Shown here: one piece after another, positions 11,001-23,524 of the stretch
Position numbering within the stretch: position 1 is the first letter of the stretch
Layout: every line of letters begins with the position of its first letter
Assembly (NCBI GenBank): GCA_002269645.1
Contig: NIVC01003081.1
Span: forward strand, 1 to 64,000
DNA length: 64,000 nt
Source of the DNA: Macrostomum lignano
Lineage: Eukaryota
Direction: 5' to 3'
Notes under the pieces: model-generated
What the model was told of the DNA's origin: nothing
Databases searched by the model: none
Seen by the model: the letters and a program-made list of their open reading frames with translations, nothing else
Made by a program: the position numbers and the translations under genes

Positions 11001-14000
11001 GATCTTGGTGCCAGGTTTCCCTCCCGGGTACCAGCGGTTAAACACTGGTAGCCGGTGGGGACATGTTGGGGGCTGCCCCTAAGCGTCCAAGGTTCCTGGA
11101 TAAGGATAATCCCTGGCACGTATTGGTCAGTGTGCTTCAAGAGGTTGACTGAAGCAGCAATGCTGTGCTGCAGGTTGACCTGCAAGCAGTGGATGCCCTG
11201 GGAGACAGTCATGTCTACTGTCCAGGGGAGGAGAAAAGCAACTCATTCTCAGCCTCATCGGTGAGAGTTGAGTCGCCAATTTCCATTGGCTCAGGCTCAG
11301 CCGCCTCCCCAGCCGCCGCGGAGGCGGACACGGCGCCCACGGCAGGTGAGTCACCTAGCCGCGCTACACCGCCCTCCTCCCCAGCGACTGGGGTACGGCT
11401 GCTGCCTTCGCCTTGCGCCCCGCCGTCGGGAGTCTGAGCTCGGCCGGCAGCGTCCTCCTGGTGGTAATCCCACCAGTTGGAAGGCTGAGCCGTGCCGTCG
11501 TCCAGTTCCCTCGGCTGGCTTTCAGTGTTTTTTCGAGCGGCACGAGTCTGCTCGAGGTGAAGTCTCAGAGACTGAGCTTCGTCAAGTGCGCGCTGGATTA
11601 GACCGGACCGCCGGCTACTGCGGGCGGGTCTACGTCCGCGCGAGGCGGACTCAGCAGCGCGAATAGCCTTGTTAGGCTCGGGATCGGGTTGCTGCTGCCG
11701 CTTGGCCGGCGGGGCATGAGCCCCAGCTCCGGGAGCGGCGCGCTTCCCGTCTTTCTTGGTCTCCACCTTGCCCTCCTCACAGCGGAGGATGGTCAGTTGA
11801 TGGAGACCAAGGTGGAGGTTTGTGCCGTGCGGTAGCCGCTTGGCCCATCCCTCCGTCAGGCCGAGGATGACTGTGGCCCCGGTCGTGCCCTTGCGGACCG
11901 TGCTGTGGTACACAAGACCACTGGCGTCGAGATCCGGGTGCCGCTTGAGCAGGAGCTGCCGCAGCTGCTCCCCGGACTTGATTGCACTGTCGGCCGGGAC
12001 CCAAATCCGATGGCGGATGGTCTTCGGCCGCTCGCTCTCCAAGGCGAAGGTCAGCTGGCCCAGGTCGCTGTGCCAGTCGAACTTGGGCAGCTGATCCCGC
12101 AGGAGCTGGGTGCTCTCCTCGGATTTGCACCACAGTAGGATGCACCCGTTCGCCTTGGTGGACTTGACGATGTCCACGAAGACGCCCTCCAGGGTTAGAT
12201 TGAGCAAGCCCTCGTCGATGGTACGCCACGCGACGTCGAGCTGCTCGGGCGTCAGGTCGAAATCCCCGCCGAGGATCATCACGGCGGGTTGCAGCGGCTG
12301 CTTGACCTTGGACGCGTAGGACTCGGAGGTCTTGAGCGGGGCCGCTTTGTCTTTGGAAGGCGGTAGGCCGGCAGGGTTGCCCCCCTGAGAGCCCGAGGAC
12401 ACGGCGGTTCCTGACGGCCCAGCCGCGCCACCGGACTCCCCAGAGGGCCTCCCCGCTGCGGTGGCTCCCGAAGGCCTCACCGCGGCTTGCGTGCCCTCCT
12501 CAGACGCAGCAGCAGCCCGCTTCTCCTGCCGCTTACGGTTGCGGCGGATGTTCCGCTGTCGTCGAGACTCGGCCGTGCGCGGTCGGCTAGACTGGCGGCC
12601 AGGGTGATCGGCGGCAGCGTCAGCTGGCCCGGTTGGACCAGGTTGGGCGTTGGTGCTACCAGTGGTAGCTACCGGAGCGGCTGATCCCGGTGAGCCAGAG
12701 GCGACCGGGTCAGTTTCTTTAGGGATGGTGGCGTTAGTGGCCATAGCTGAAAAGCGGGGGAGGGCTACTCGTTATGCGAGTTGAGTACCCGACTGGCCGA
12801 CACCTCAAGCCAGCCGGTTTGAAAAAAGGACCGCTAGCGACCGGACTACTCCCCGGCCTTCCAGCCCATCGGCACGGTCAAACACCTTAGGCATTAGAGG
12901 GTACGTTAAGCAGTACCACGGCCTGCAGGCTGGTGAGCCAGACCCGCATACCCAAATTCGGCCGAAGCCACTGGATAGGGTCGCCAGCGCCGGAGCCCAG
13001 TCTGTCCAGCAGCCCTAGGGTCTGCCTTGAACACACGCGGGGACGAGTACCCCTGGGTCGACTTGCGAGACAGCGTGGGGGAGTCTGCGGCTGCCAGAGG
13101 CAAATAGAGGGTGCAGACCTCCCACCAGCCTTGACCTGCTGAAGATGGGGGCAGGCGTGAAGCATCGCAGACCTTAGCTCGTAGGCCTAGTCTGTCTCAT
13201 ACTTCACTGGCATGCTGAATACGCCTTCGCGTGCAGCATACGGGTTAGTTTTGCCATTATACTACTCGATTTTTTGTTTATAAGTAGCGTAGTATCTGGT
13301 ATGAATAACATGATTTTCGATACATATCGGCCAAAGAACACTTGTAGAGAATTCTTAAGATAGTTTATTTTCCAAAAAATCCGGTATATTTTTTATATTA
13401 TTTTCGATACATATCGGGTGTTAATTTTCATTTAATAGTTTAGTTTGGTTTATGAAATTATTTTTAGTAAAAAACATAAGATTGCTAAATTTGCTGTTCA
13501 CACTACTTGATAACTTGTCCTTGTAAGTAGTTTAGTTTGAATATATGTTTTATAAATATGTATCGAATATATGCTTTTCGATACATATCGGCTATTTATT
13601 GCTATCAACCTTTATTGTCCGCAGGCGAGAAGCCATTCCAATGCGCTATTTGCGGTCGGTCTTTCTCATTGAAGCACAACGTTCGCAAGCACATGAACTC
13701 GCACAGGATCTGGCCCGCAGCGACAGCGCCCCCGCCTGCTGCTACATCTTCATCTCCAGCTCCCGCTGAGGCTGCTGCACCGAATTCGGCATCTGCTGGT
13801 CAGCCTTCGACTGTTGTCGACACCGCGTCGGGTGTCGAGGCAGCAACCGGTCAATCGTCGGTTGCTATGGCAACAGAGTCGGACTCGCCAAGTGTTCCAG
13901 CCGACGCCTTGCTAGTTCGGCCGTCCAAGTCGGTCAGCGCGGCTGTCCGGACTAAGGCGTACACCATACTGGAGTCTGACGGCCTGGGCCGGCACTCCTC

Positions 14001-16618
14001 GGAGCCTTTGGTAATTATAGCCTGCGGTTTTTCTTAGAAATTCAATACTGCGATAATCTAAGATTGAGGCTATTTATTAGCGTTGCCAGTTTAATGATGC
14101 TATTTATTAGCGTTGCCAGTTTAATGTTTAATGTCTTGAAATTAGTCTCTAATAAATAATCGGCTTAAATAGTCCCTCTTTAACAATGTACTTTAAAATC
14201 GCCTACCTAATATCGACCCCTAAAATCGCCTTCCCCCTTTAAGAATCGCTTTCCCCTAAAAATCGCCCTCCCTCCTAAAAGTCTTCTTCCCCTCAAAAAT
14301 CGACAATCCCTAAAAACCGCTTTCCCAATAAAAATCGTCTTCCCCCTAAAAATCGCCCTCCCACCCTAAAAATCGCTCTTCGCCATAAACATCGCCTTCC
14401 CCAAAATTGCTCTCCCTCCTAAAAATCGTCACCTAAAAACGCCTGCAAATTCCCAATCCTAAAATCGCCCCGAAACCCCCCCCTCCCAGGTACTCGTTGA
14501 CAGCCGCCACGAGTGCCGCTTCTGCGGCCAGTGCTTCCCCAATTTCCATCAGCTTCGCAGCCACCTGCACCGGCTGCACCAACAATTAAAAGTTTACCGC
14601 TGCCTGCTGGCCTCATGCCAGTTCCAATGCGGTCCATTAGATCCGTTTCTAAAGCACCTGGAGCAGCACAGGGCCTCGGGAGAGCTGTCCTATCCGTGTC
14701 AGAAGTGCGGCGATCAGTTTAGCACGCTGCAGCAGCTGGCTCTGCACGAGGCCGCGCACTCGCCAGCTGCCGCTGACAAAGACGATGATGACGACAGCGT
14801 CACCGACAGCCAAGACGATTCCAACAATGAGCAGGTCCGAAGCAGGAGCACCCGGAAGAAGCCTTCTTCCTCTTCTTCTGCTTCTGCAAAGAAGAAATCT
14901 AGATTGTCTGGTCGAAGGCGGGCAAGGTTTGTAAAATACTACTAACAAGGATTGTAGATGATTGGGGAACACCAACCTAGTGCTGGGCCACATGGGGCTT
15001 GAGTACCTGGAGCTTGAGTACCTGGAGCTTGGGTACCTGGAGCTTGAGTACCGGGAGCTTGAGTACCGGGAGCTTGAGTACCTGGAGCTTCAATACCTGG
15101 AGCTTGAGTACCGGGAGCTTGAGTACCGGGAGCTTGAGTGCCTGGAGCTTCAATACCTGGAGCTTGAGTACCGGGAGCTTGAGTACCGGGAGCTTGAGTA
15201 CCGGGAGCTTGAGTACCGGGAGCTTGAGTACCGGGAGCTTGAGTACCTGGAGCTTGAGTACCTGGAGCTTGAGTACCTGGAGCTTGAGAAACCTGGAGCT
15301 TGAGTACCGGGAGCTTGAGTACCTGGAGCTTGAGTATCAGCTTGAGTACCGGGAGCTTGAGTACCTGGAGCTTGAGTATCAGCTTGAGTACCGGGAGCTT
15401 GAGTACCTGGAGCTTGAGTATCAGCTTGAGTACCGGGAGCTTGAGTACCTGGAGCTTGAGTATCAGCTTGAGTACCGGGAGCTTGAGTACCTGGAGCTTG
15501 AGTATCAGCTTGAGTACCGGGAGCTTGAGTACCTGGAGCTTGAGTACCTGGAGCTTGAGTACCTGGAGCTTGAGTACCTGGAGCTTGAGTACCTGGAGCT
15601 TGACAGCGGGATCTGACACCGGGAGCTGAGTCACTGATCCCATTCCCCCCAATTCTCCCTAACAATAATCTCTCCCCCCTTCAGCGCCGCGGACAACAGT
15701 TGCCGCTGCCTGGAATGCGGCGCCCAGTTCAAGAGCAGCCGGGCCGCGCTGGTGCACAAGCACCAGGCCCACCACCGGACACATTGCTGCCCAGTGTGCC
15801 GCAAGAAGTTTGTCTTTTATAAGCGGCTTTGCGAGCACATGGCCAGCCACGGTGCCCTGTCCGAGCTGCCGAAGCCGGCCAGTCGAAATGTCCAACGTCG
15901 ATTTGTCTGTCCGATGTGTCCGAACCGCTACCGGCTGAGGGTGCACCTGGACTATCACCTGGTGACGGTGCATCATCAGTCAGCTAATAGGTCCATAGTT
16001 AGTGCCAAAAATCAGTCCCTGGCCTGCCCGATTGAAGGCTGCCCGAGCCGCAGCGGCACTCAGGCTCACCTGAAGCTGCACCTGCTTCGCCAGCATCGCA
16101 ATCGAGTTATTGACGCCTCCGTGACCCAGTTCGACTGCGACATCTGTCCCAGACGGTTGTACAACAAGCGAGCTTTCCTGAGGCACATGCGAAAGCACGA
16201 GCAAGCCGAGCGGGTTTCTGCTTCTAGGAGGCAACAGGAAACTGTGGCTTGCTGTCAGGTGTGCGGCAGAAAGTTCAAGCGATTAAACGCTTTGAAATTG
16301 CACGAGTCAACTTGCAGAAGCAGCAATAGCGGCAATAGAAGCAATAGAAGCAAGCCGGGAAACATTGATCCGACTAGTTGCAACAGTCTACGGAGGTCTG
16401 ACCGGTTGCGGTCCAAGAGACAGACTGGGAACCAGTGTAGTGAGCAGCTGAGTCTATTAGAGGACCGAACTGATCACTGTTCGGAGCTGGCGTCTTCTCA
16501 GATGTGTACGGAAGAAGATATTGGGCAAAAGCAGCAGCAGCAGCAGCAGCAGAGTTTTCTACAGTTATTGCCTGACTTTGATTCTGCTAATAACAGCTTG
16601 ATTCCTATTGATTATTGA
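5095..16618 (+). CDS. ZNF341: C2H2 zinc-finger transcription factor, ZNF341 orthologue; 5 coding exons
   Basis: Exons 5095-5457, 6398-7399, 13625-14010, 14490-14926, 15685-16618 (TGA); GT-AG, phases 0/1/0/2 match. N-terminal [22 protein letters not shown]|[30 protein letters not shown] and [34 protein letters not shown] match the finger array I recall for vertebrate ZNF341. One 1-nt deletion at ~6952 within the GHQ repeat. Confidence 0.85.
5566..5638 (-). other. tRNA-derived fragment (pseudo-tRNA or SINE head)
   Basis: Minus strand has A-box-like TAGTGG, a CTGATAA loop-like segment and B-box GGTTCGACTCC, but the acceptor and anticodon stems do not pair cleanly. Confidence 0.4.
5905..6100. 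repeat. CT-rich low-complexity tract
   Basis: Directly visible. Confidence 0.85.
6125..6362 (-). mobile_element. tRNA-derived SINE with CORE/V-like central domain
   Basis: Minus strand: A-box TAGCCTAGTGG, B-box GGTTCGATTC, then GTGTCCTTGAGCAAGACACTTAAC...CTTCAGTTCACCCAGCTGTAAAATGGG, resembling the MIR CORE consensus. Right boundary firm, left boundary approximate. Confidence 0.7.
6935..7149 (+). repeat. Coding 9-bp tandem repeat (GGTCATCAR)24 encoding ~(Gly-His-Gln)24 in ZNF341 exon 2
   Basis: 215 bp = 24x9 - 1. Frames before (..AAVGHQGH) and after ([18 protein letters not shown]) join only through the GHQ frame with one G restored. Confidence 0.85.
7510..11212 (-). CDS. LINE ORF2: AP endonuclease - reverse transcriptase - RNase H - C-terminal CCHC
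   Basis: APE: [29 protein letters not shown]: [26 protein letters not shown]. RNase H: [41 protein letters not shown]-terminal [14 protein letters not shown]. Split across three track ORFs by 1-nt deletions in runs at ~9963 and ~9013. Confidence 0.93.
11215..12744 (-). CDS. LINE ORF1 (509 aa; central domain resembling the DUF4780-type ORF1 of LOA-clade elements)
   Basis: Open ATG-to-TAG frame upstream of ORF2; basic N-terminal patch ([12 protein letters not shown]), central globular domain, no CCHC knuckle. The DUF4780 assignment is from recall and unverified. Confidence 0.8.
   Translation of the reverse strand: MATNATIPKETDPVASGSPGSAAPVATTGSTNAQPGPTGPADAAADHPGRQSSRPRTAESRRQRNIRRNRKRQEKRAAAASEEGTQAAVRPSGATAAGRPSGESGGAAGPSGTAVSSGSQGGNPAGLPPSKDKAAPLKTSESYASKVKQPLQPAVMILGGDFDLTPEQLDVAWRTIDEGLLNLTLEGVFVDIVKSTKANGCILLWCKSEESTQLLRDQLPKFDWHSDLGQLTFALESERPKTIRHRIWVPADSAIKSGEQLRQLLLKRHPDLDASGLVYHSTVRKGTTGATVILGLTEGWAKRLPHGTNLHLGLHQLTILRCEEGKVETKKDGKRAAPGAGAHAPPAKRQQQPDPEPNKAIRAAESASRGRRPARSSRRSGLIQRALDEAQSLRLHLEQTRAARKNTESQPRELDDGTAQPSNWWDYHQEDAAGRAQTPDGGAQGEGSSRTPVAGEEGGVARLGDSPAVGAVSASAAAGEAAEPEPMEIGDSTLTDEAENELLFSSPGQ
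14205..14480. repeat. AAAATCGCC-core minisatellite in ZNF341 intron 3
   Basis: Degenerate ~19-21-bp units CCCCTAAAAATCGCC. Confidence 0.8.
14998..15600. repeat. 15-bp minisatellite (GAGTACCTGGAGCTT)n in ZNF341 intron 4
   Basis: Directly visible; accounts for the spurious ELEYL/QAPGT ORFs. Confidence 0.97.
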
Positions 16619-16683
16619 CACTATTGACAGTTTTAGTCTAATGACAATTGCATTTTTAAAGGTTAAATTGCTATTTATATACA

Positions 16684-17335
16684 TGGGATAATCCTTTGAT
16701 GATTAATTTGACCTGGGATAATCATGTGTTGATTAATTTCACCTGGGATAATCATTTGATGATTAATTTCACCTGGGATAACCATTTGTTGATTAATTTC
16801 ACCTGGGATAACCATTTGTTGATTAATTTCACCTGGGATAACCATTTGTTGATTAATTTCACTTGGGATAACCATTTGTTGATTAATTTCACCTGGGATA
16901 ATCATTTGATGATTAATTTCACCTGGGATAATCATTTGATGATTAATTTCACCTGGGATAATCATTTGGTGATTAATTTCACCTGGGATAACCATTTGTT
17001 GATTAATTTTACCTGGGATAATCATGTGTTGATTAATTTCACCTGGGATAATCATTTGTTGATTAATTTCACCTGGGATAACCATTTGGTGATTAATTTC
17101 ACCTGGGATAACCATTTGTTGATTAATTTCACCTGGGATAATCATTTGATGATTAATTTCACCTGGGATAATCATTTGATGATTAATTTCACCTGGGATA
17201 ATCATTTGGTGATTAATTTCACCTGGGATAATCATTTGATGATTAATTTCACCTATGATAATCATTTGATGATTAATTTCACCTGGGATAATCATTTGAT
17301 TATTAATTTCATTTGGGATAATCATGTGTTGATAA
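16684..17335. repeat. 27-bp minisatellite (GATTAATTTCACCTGGGATAATCATTT)n
   Basis: About 24 near-identical units just after the ZNF341 stop. Confidence 0.97.
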
Positions 17336-17629
17336 AATTCATATTGTTCATGTGCACATGTACTGCTCCTTGAAGTTCGTCTGCAATTGTTTAATTGACA
17401 TCTCAGGTATCAACTAGGATTAGTATTAACTAGGAATCTTAGAATTGATTAATGTATTTCTTGGAATTGGTAATCGTATATCTGGAAATCAATGCAAAAT
17501 AGAAAATACAACGCAACATTCAGCCAATTTTATGGTGATGTTTTTCCGCTGTTTTAATGAATTTATCGGTTATCATTTATATGTTTTTGTTAGTTTATAA
17601 CTAATATGTCTAATTATTCATCCACTCTC

Positions 17630-18010
17630 ACAAATGTACACTCGCTGCACACCAACCCTATCCCAATGTACACTCACTCCACACCCACCCCATCCCAATG
17701 TACAGTCACCCCACAGCCATTCCGTCCCAATGTACACTCACTTCGCACCCTTCCCCCTCAATTTACACTCAATTCGCACCCTTCCCCCTCAATGTACGCT
17801 AACTTCACACCCACCCCTCCCAACGTACGCTCACTCCACACCCACCCCCTCACAATGTACACACTTGCTCCACACCCACCCCTCCCAATGTACAGTCACT
17901 CCACACCCACCCCTCCCAATGTACACTCACTCCACACCCATCCCTCCCAATGTACACTCACTCCACACCCTTCCCCCTTAATGTACACTCACTCCGCACC
18001 AACCCCCTAA
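17630..18010. repeat. ~30-bp C-rich minisatellite (AATGTACACTCACTCCACACCC...)
   Basis: Directly visible. Confidence 0.9.
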
Positions 18011-18111
18011 TGTACTTCTCTTTATAATGGAACTACAAAACCACTTGCATGCTTCAAAACAGCTTCATCAATTCGATCTAGGCTCTATAAAAATCTCTCA
18101 ATAAACCAAAG

Positions 18112-18306
18112 ATGCTGCTCCGCTACTACCTGAACGAGCAGGGCGAGCGAGTTTACACTCTGAAATCGGTAGACCCGGATGGCAAGCCGACCCAGTCGGC
18201 CCACCCCGCCAGGTTCTCGCCGCACGACCCCTACTCCCGGCATCGCATCACCATCAAGAAGCGTTTCGGCCTGCTGCCCACACAGCAGCCGCCTGTGGTC
18301 TATTAA
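18112..18306 (+). CDS. NOP10: H/ACA ribonucleoprotein subunit NOP10 (64 aa), intronless
   Basis: [18 protein letters not shown]...[32 protein letters not shown] is the canonical NOP10 sequence; AATAAA at 18350-18355. Confidence 0.98.
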   Translation: MLLRYYLNEQGERVYTLKSVDPDGKPTQSAHPARFSPHDPYSRHRITIKKRFGLLPTQQPPVVY

Positions 18307-18554
18307 TTTGACCTCGCTTAACCTTGACTTTTAATCGTGTACTTTTAAAAATAAAGCCTCTTTATTCGCAATGTGAAACGACAGTTTATAAATAAAAATG
18401 TCTACCAGCCTCATTAGTGGCGAGCATTTCTACTGCGTTGCTAGCTGGGATTTCAGGAACTGAAACTGGGGTTTGAGCTTTGTTCCTTTTTGGTTAATTC
18501 TTTAATAGTTATAGTGTTATTAAATTTGCAGTTTACTCGTATTTCTTAGCTCAT

Positions 18555-19580
<1,026 letters not shown>

Positions 19581-19662
19581 ATTTACAGTGCCTCCCCAAT
19601 CTCTCAAGCAGCATCCCACAGCGGTAATTCAGTAAACCAAGTCACCCGCTGCCAAGCACAGG

Positions 19663-20028
19663 ATGGGCAAGTCCAAGGGTGCAACAGGCGGCGGCGGTGG
19701 CGGCAAAGACAAGGACGCCAAAGAGAAAAAAGGCGGCACAGCCGTGAAAGTCCGTCACATCCTGTGCGAGAAGCAGTCTAAGTGTCTGCAAGCTCTCGAG
19801 CTATTAAAATCTGGACGAAGATTCAACGAGGTGGCGTCGGAATTCTCCGAGGACAAGGCGCGGTCTGGCGGCGACCTCGGCTGGATGACGCGCGGCTCGA
19901 TGGTTGGCGACTTTCAAGACGCCGCGTTCGCTTTGCCAATCAGCTCGCTGGACAAGCCGGTTTTCACTGACCCGCCCGTGAAAACTAAGTTTGGCTATCA
20001 CATCATCATGGTGGAGGGGAAGAAGTAG
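19663..20028 (+). CDS. PIN4: Parvulin-type peptidyl-prolyl isomerase PIN4/Par14 (121 aa), intronless
   Basis: Basic Gly/Lys N-tail, [55 protein letters not shown]. Confidence 0.98.
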   Translation: MGKSKGATGGGGGGKDKDAKEKKGGTAVKVRHILCEKQSKCLQALELLKSGRRFNEVASEFSEDKARSGGDLGWMTRGSMVGDFQDAAFALPISSLDKPVFTDPPVKTKFGYHIIMVEGKK

Positions 20029-20099
20029 CCCTGCTGCTGTATGGCTCTGGTTCACTTTGGCCAAAGCTGCGAGGCAATCTGTTTTATGGAAGATATGCA

Positions 20100-20900
20100 T
20101 CTGTCTGCCTCTGCCCATCTGCCTCCCACCGTCTCCTTCTCCCTCCCTCTCTCCTCTCTCTCACTTTCCTCTCTCCTCCCCTCTCTCCTTACATTCTCTC
20201 CTCTCTCACTCTCCCTCCTCCCTCCCCCTCCTCTCTCCCTCTCGCCCTCCTTTTCCCTCTCTCTCCTCTCCCTTTCCCCCTCCTCCCTCCTCTCTCCTCC
20301 CTCCCTCTCCTCTCCCTTTCCCCCTCCTCCCTCCTCTCTCCTCTCCCTTTCCCCCTCCTCCCTCCTCTCTCCTCCCTCCCTCTCCTCTCCCTTTCCCCCT
20401 TCTCCCTCCTCTCTCCTCCCTCCCTCACCTCTCCCTTTTCCCCTCCTCCCTCCTCTCTCCTCCCTCCCTCTCCTCTCCCTTTCCCCCTTCTCCCTCCTCT
20501 CTCCTCCCTCCCTCACCTCTCTCCCTCTCGCTCTCCTTCTCCCTCTCTCTTCTCCCTCTCTCTCTCTCCCCTCTCTCTCCTCCCCCCTCTCCCCCCTCTC
20601 TCTCCTCTCCCTCTCCTCTCCCCCTGTCCCCCTTCTCCCTCCTCTCTCCTCCCTCCCTCACCTCTCTCCCTCTCGCCCTCCTTCTCCCTCTCTCTTCTCC
20701 CTCTCTCTCTCCCCCCTCTCTCTCCTCTCCCTCTCCTCCCCCCTCTCCCCCCTCTCTCTCCTCTCCCCTCTCCCCTCCCCCTCCTTCTCCCTCTCTCTCC
20801 TCCCCCTCTCCCCCTCTCTCTCTCCTCTCCCTCTTCTCTCCCCCTCTCCCCCTCCCCCTCCTTCTCCCTCCTCTCTCCTCCTTCCCTATCTTCTCCGTCT
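20100..20900. repeat. CT-rich low-complexity tract
   Basis: Directly visible. Confidence 0.9.
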
Positions 20901-21318
20901 CTCACACTACATCTCTGAGTATAACTTTACTGCAGATAAGAAACAGAATTAAAAACTCTCCAGTGCAGATTTCTCTCTGTTAAATAAAGAAGTAGGCCAG
21001 TTCAATTCGCTCTGATCCTGGTGTTCGTTCGCTAGTTGGTTGCTTGTCTCGTTTAACATGATTCTTTAGACTGAGTTCGGAATGTACAAAACCTGAAATA
21101 AATTAAATGTAATTGTAGCAAACGGCATTGTTGCTACTATAGATGTGCTCAATGTTTTTGTATATCTGCACTTTTTAGTGCCTTTTTGATTTTTTGATTT
21201 CAATTGTCTATGGCACATTGAGATCATTTCCAAACAAGGCACTTCATCTTGCTAGGCAAGATGTTTTCAAAGGTTCTTCTATTTAAAAATCATATTCATC
21301 TTCGAGCCAACTAACAAA

Positions 21319-21528
21319 ATGCCTGATGCCTTGAAACGTCGGGTGCCTTCATTTCGCGAGGTGTACATGCTGAGGCCTATCGACCTGCTTTACCTGGAGC
21401 CTGGCTACATTCTCGGGCTCACTGTGTCCGTGATCCTGCTGCTATTGCTGAGCAAGATTTGGCAATACTTTGCCGAAGATGAGGATAATAAAGCCGGCGC
21501 GGACAGTTTAAAATATTCTCTCGAATAA
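21319..21528 (+). CDS. Putative 69-aa single-pass membrane microprotein, no recognised family
   Basis: ATG in an A-rich context (AACAAAATG), GC-richer than flanks, one hydrophobic span (YILGLTVSVILLLLLSKIW) and a charged C-tail. Confidence 0.5.
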   Translation: MPDALKRRVPSFREVYMLRPIDLLYLEPGYILGLTVSVILLLLLSKIWQYFAEDEDNKAGADSLKYSLE

Positions 21529-21789
21529 TTGCTACTTTCGATACATATCGGCTGAGATTTTTTACGTAAATTGCTTCGATGGACGGCGCAAATTTCTTTG
21601 CTTACTACTTCTCGGGTAATACTATAGTAGTATCTGGCAAGTGTGAGTGATAGCCTGAAAATTGCAAAGTTCTGTCTGTCCTTTAAAACTTTTCCATGCC
21701 ATGTTACGTAGGGTTACAGTTTTGTTAGAAATATATATATCAATGTGAACTGCTTTAAATGTTTCAATTTAATGTCTAATGTCATTCGT

Positions 21790-22975
21790 GACTAATATCA
21801 TTGCTTACACACCAGTATCATTCTTGACACACTAATGTCGCTCCTGACACACTAATGTAGCTCCTGACACACTAATGTAGCTCCTGACACACTAATGTCA
21901 TTCCTGACACACCAATGTCATTCCTGACACACCAATGTCATTACTGACACTAATATCATTGCTTACACACGAATATCATTCCTGAAATCAATGTCATTTT
22001 TGACACACTAATATCATTCCTGACATCAATGTCGTTCCTGACACAGTGACACAGTGATATCATTCCTGACATCAATGTCGTTCCTGACACAGTGACACAG
22101 TGATATCATTCCTGACACACTAATGTCATTCCTGACACACTAATGTCATTCCTGACACACCAATGTCATTCCTGACACACCAATGTCATTCCTGACACAC
22201 TAATATCATTCCTGACACACTAATGTCATTCCTGACACACCAATGTCATTTCTGACACTAATGTCATTCCTGACACACCAATGTCATTCCTGACACACTA
22301 ATATCATTCCTGACACACCAATGTCATTCCTGACACACTAATGTCATTCCTGAGACACTAATGTCATTCCTGACACACTAATGTCATTCCTGACACCCTA
22401 ATATCATTCCTGACACCCTAATATCATTCTTGACACACTAATGTCATTCCTGACACACTAATGTCATTCCTGACACACTAATGTCATTCCTGACACACTA
22501 ATGTCATTCCTGACATGTGTGTCATTCCTGACACACTTTTGTCATTCCTAACACTCTTGTCATTCCTGACACACTAATATCATTCCTGACACACTAATAT
22601 CATTCCTGACACAGTAATGTCATTCCTGACACCCTAATATCATTCCTGACACACTATTAATGTCATTCCTGACACACTATTGTCATTCCTGACACACTAA
22701 TGGCATTCCTGACACACTAATGTCATTCCTGACACACTAATGGCATTCCTGACACACTATTGTCATTCCTGACACACTATTTTCATTCCTGACACACTAA
22801 TGTCATTCTTGACACACTAATGTCATTCCTGACACACTGATGTCATTCCTGACACACTATTGTCATTCCTGACACACTGATGTCATTCCTGACACACTAA
22901 TATCATTCCTGACACACTAATATCATTCCTGACACACTAATATCATTCCTGACACACTAATGGCATTCCTGACAC
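21790..22975. repeat. 20-bp minisatellite (ATGTCATTCCTGACACACTA)n
   Basis: Directly visible. Confidence 0.97.
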
Positions 22976-23524
22976 TCCACAGCCTTCCCAAAACGCACAC
23001 AAGAAGCAGCAGCTGTTTCTCAAAAGCGGGTTCCAATTTCAAAATTGCATGTAACTGTTGAGTCAGTCTATTGAGAACAGTCGGACTTGAAGACACAGCT
23101 CGGCCCGTGTCTGGTTTCGGTGCAGCTGCACCGCCTTAGACTCCCTGCAGAAACATGACTCCACTAGCTGCCAGCATAGACGTGTGGTTACAGCATCCAG
23201 TTTTTGCCGGCAGGTGTTTCAATATACAGGGCCCGTGAGAAAAACTTATTACGCTCGTATTAATTAAAAGAAGAATATTGCTCCTCTAGTGTCCAGTGTC
23301 TGCTTTTTTCTCGGGAACAAATGACAGGGCAGCCCCAGACAGCAAGCAAGGGATTAGAAGCTAGTGCGAATATTTCTTTTTAGGCTTCTAATTAGAGTTC
23401 GGCTGCACTTGAAACTTTATATTCTGTTTCTATTGTATTCAAATAGGCTCATTCATGTGAGTCGTTTTTATTAAAAAATGCGGATTCAAGGGCGCCTGCA
23501 TCAAGGACACCATTTCACTTCATT

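Larger units (their letters stand above)
7403..13234 (-). mobile_element. Full-length non-LTR retrotransposon (APE-RT-RNase H; LOA/Lian-like)
   Basis: 12-bp TSD AGCATACGGGTT at 7391-7402 and 13235-13246; ~490-bp 5' UTR; ORF1 and ORF2; short 3' UTR ending in a (TAAG/AAGT)-type tail CTAAGTCAAGTAAGTC instead of poly(A). Confidence 0.95.

Noticed and set aside
7651-12684. Plus-strand ORFs overlapping the LINE, and those overlapping Gypsy pol at 33222-36922
   Set aside because: Antisense or alternate-frame shadows of GC-rich retroelement coding sequence; no recognisable domains.
13060-13110. HDV-like ribozyme in the LINE 5' UTR (GGTCTGC/GCAGACT P1-like pairing on minus)
   Set aside because: P3/L3 and the P1.1 GG are not in the required positions; needs a covariance-model search.
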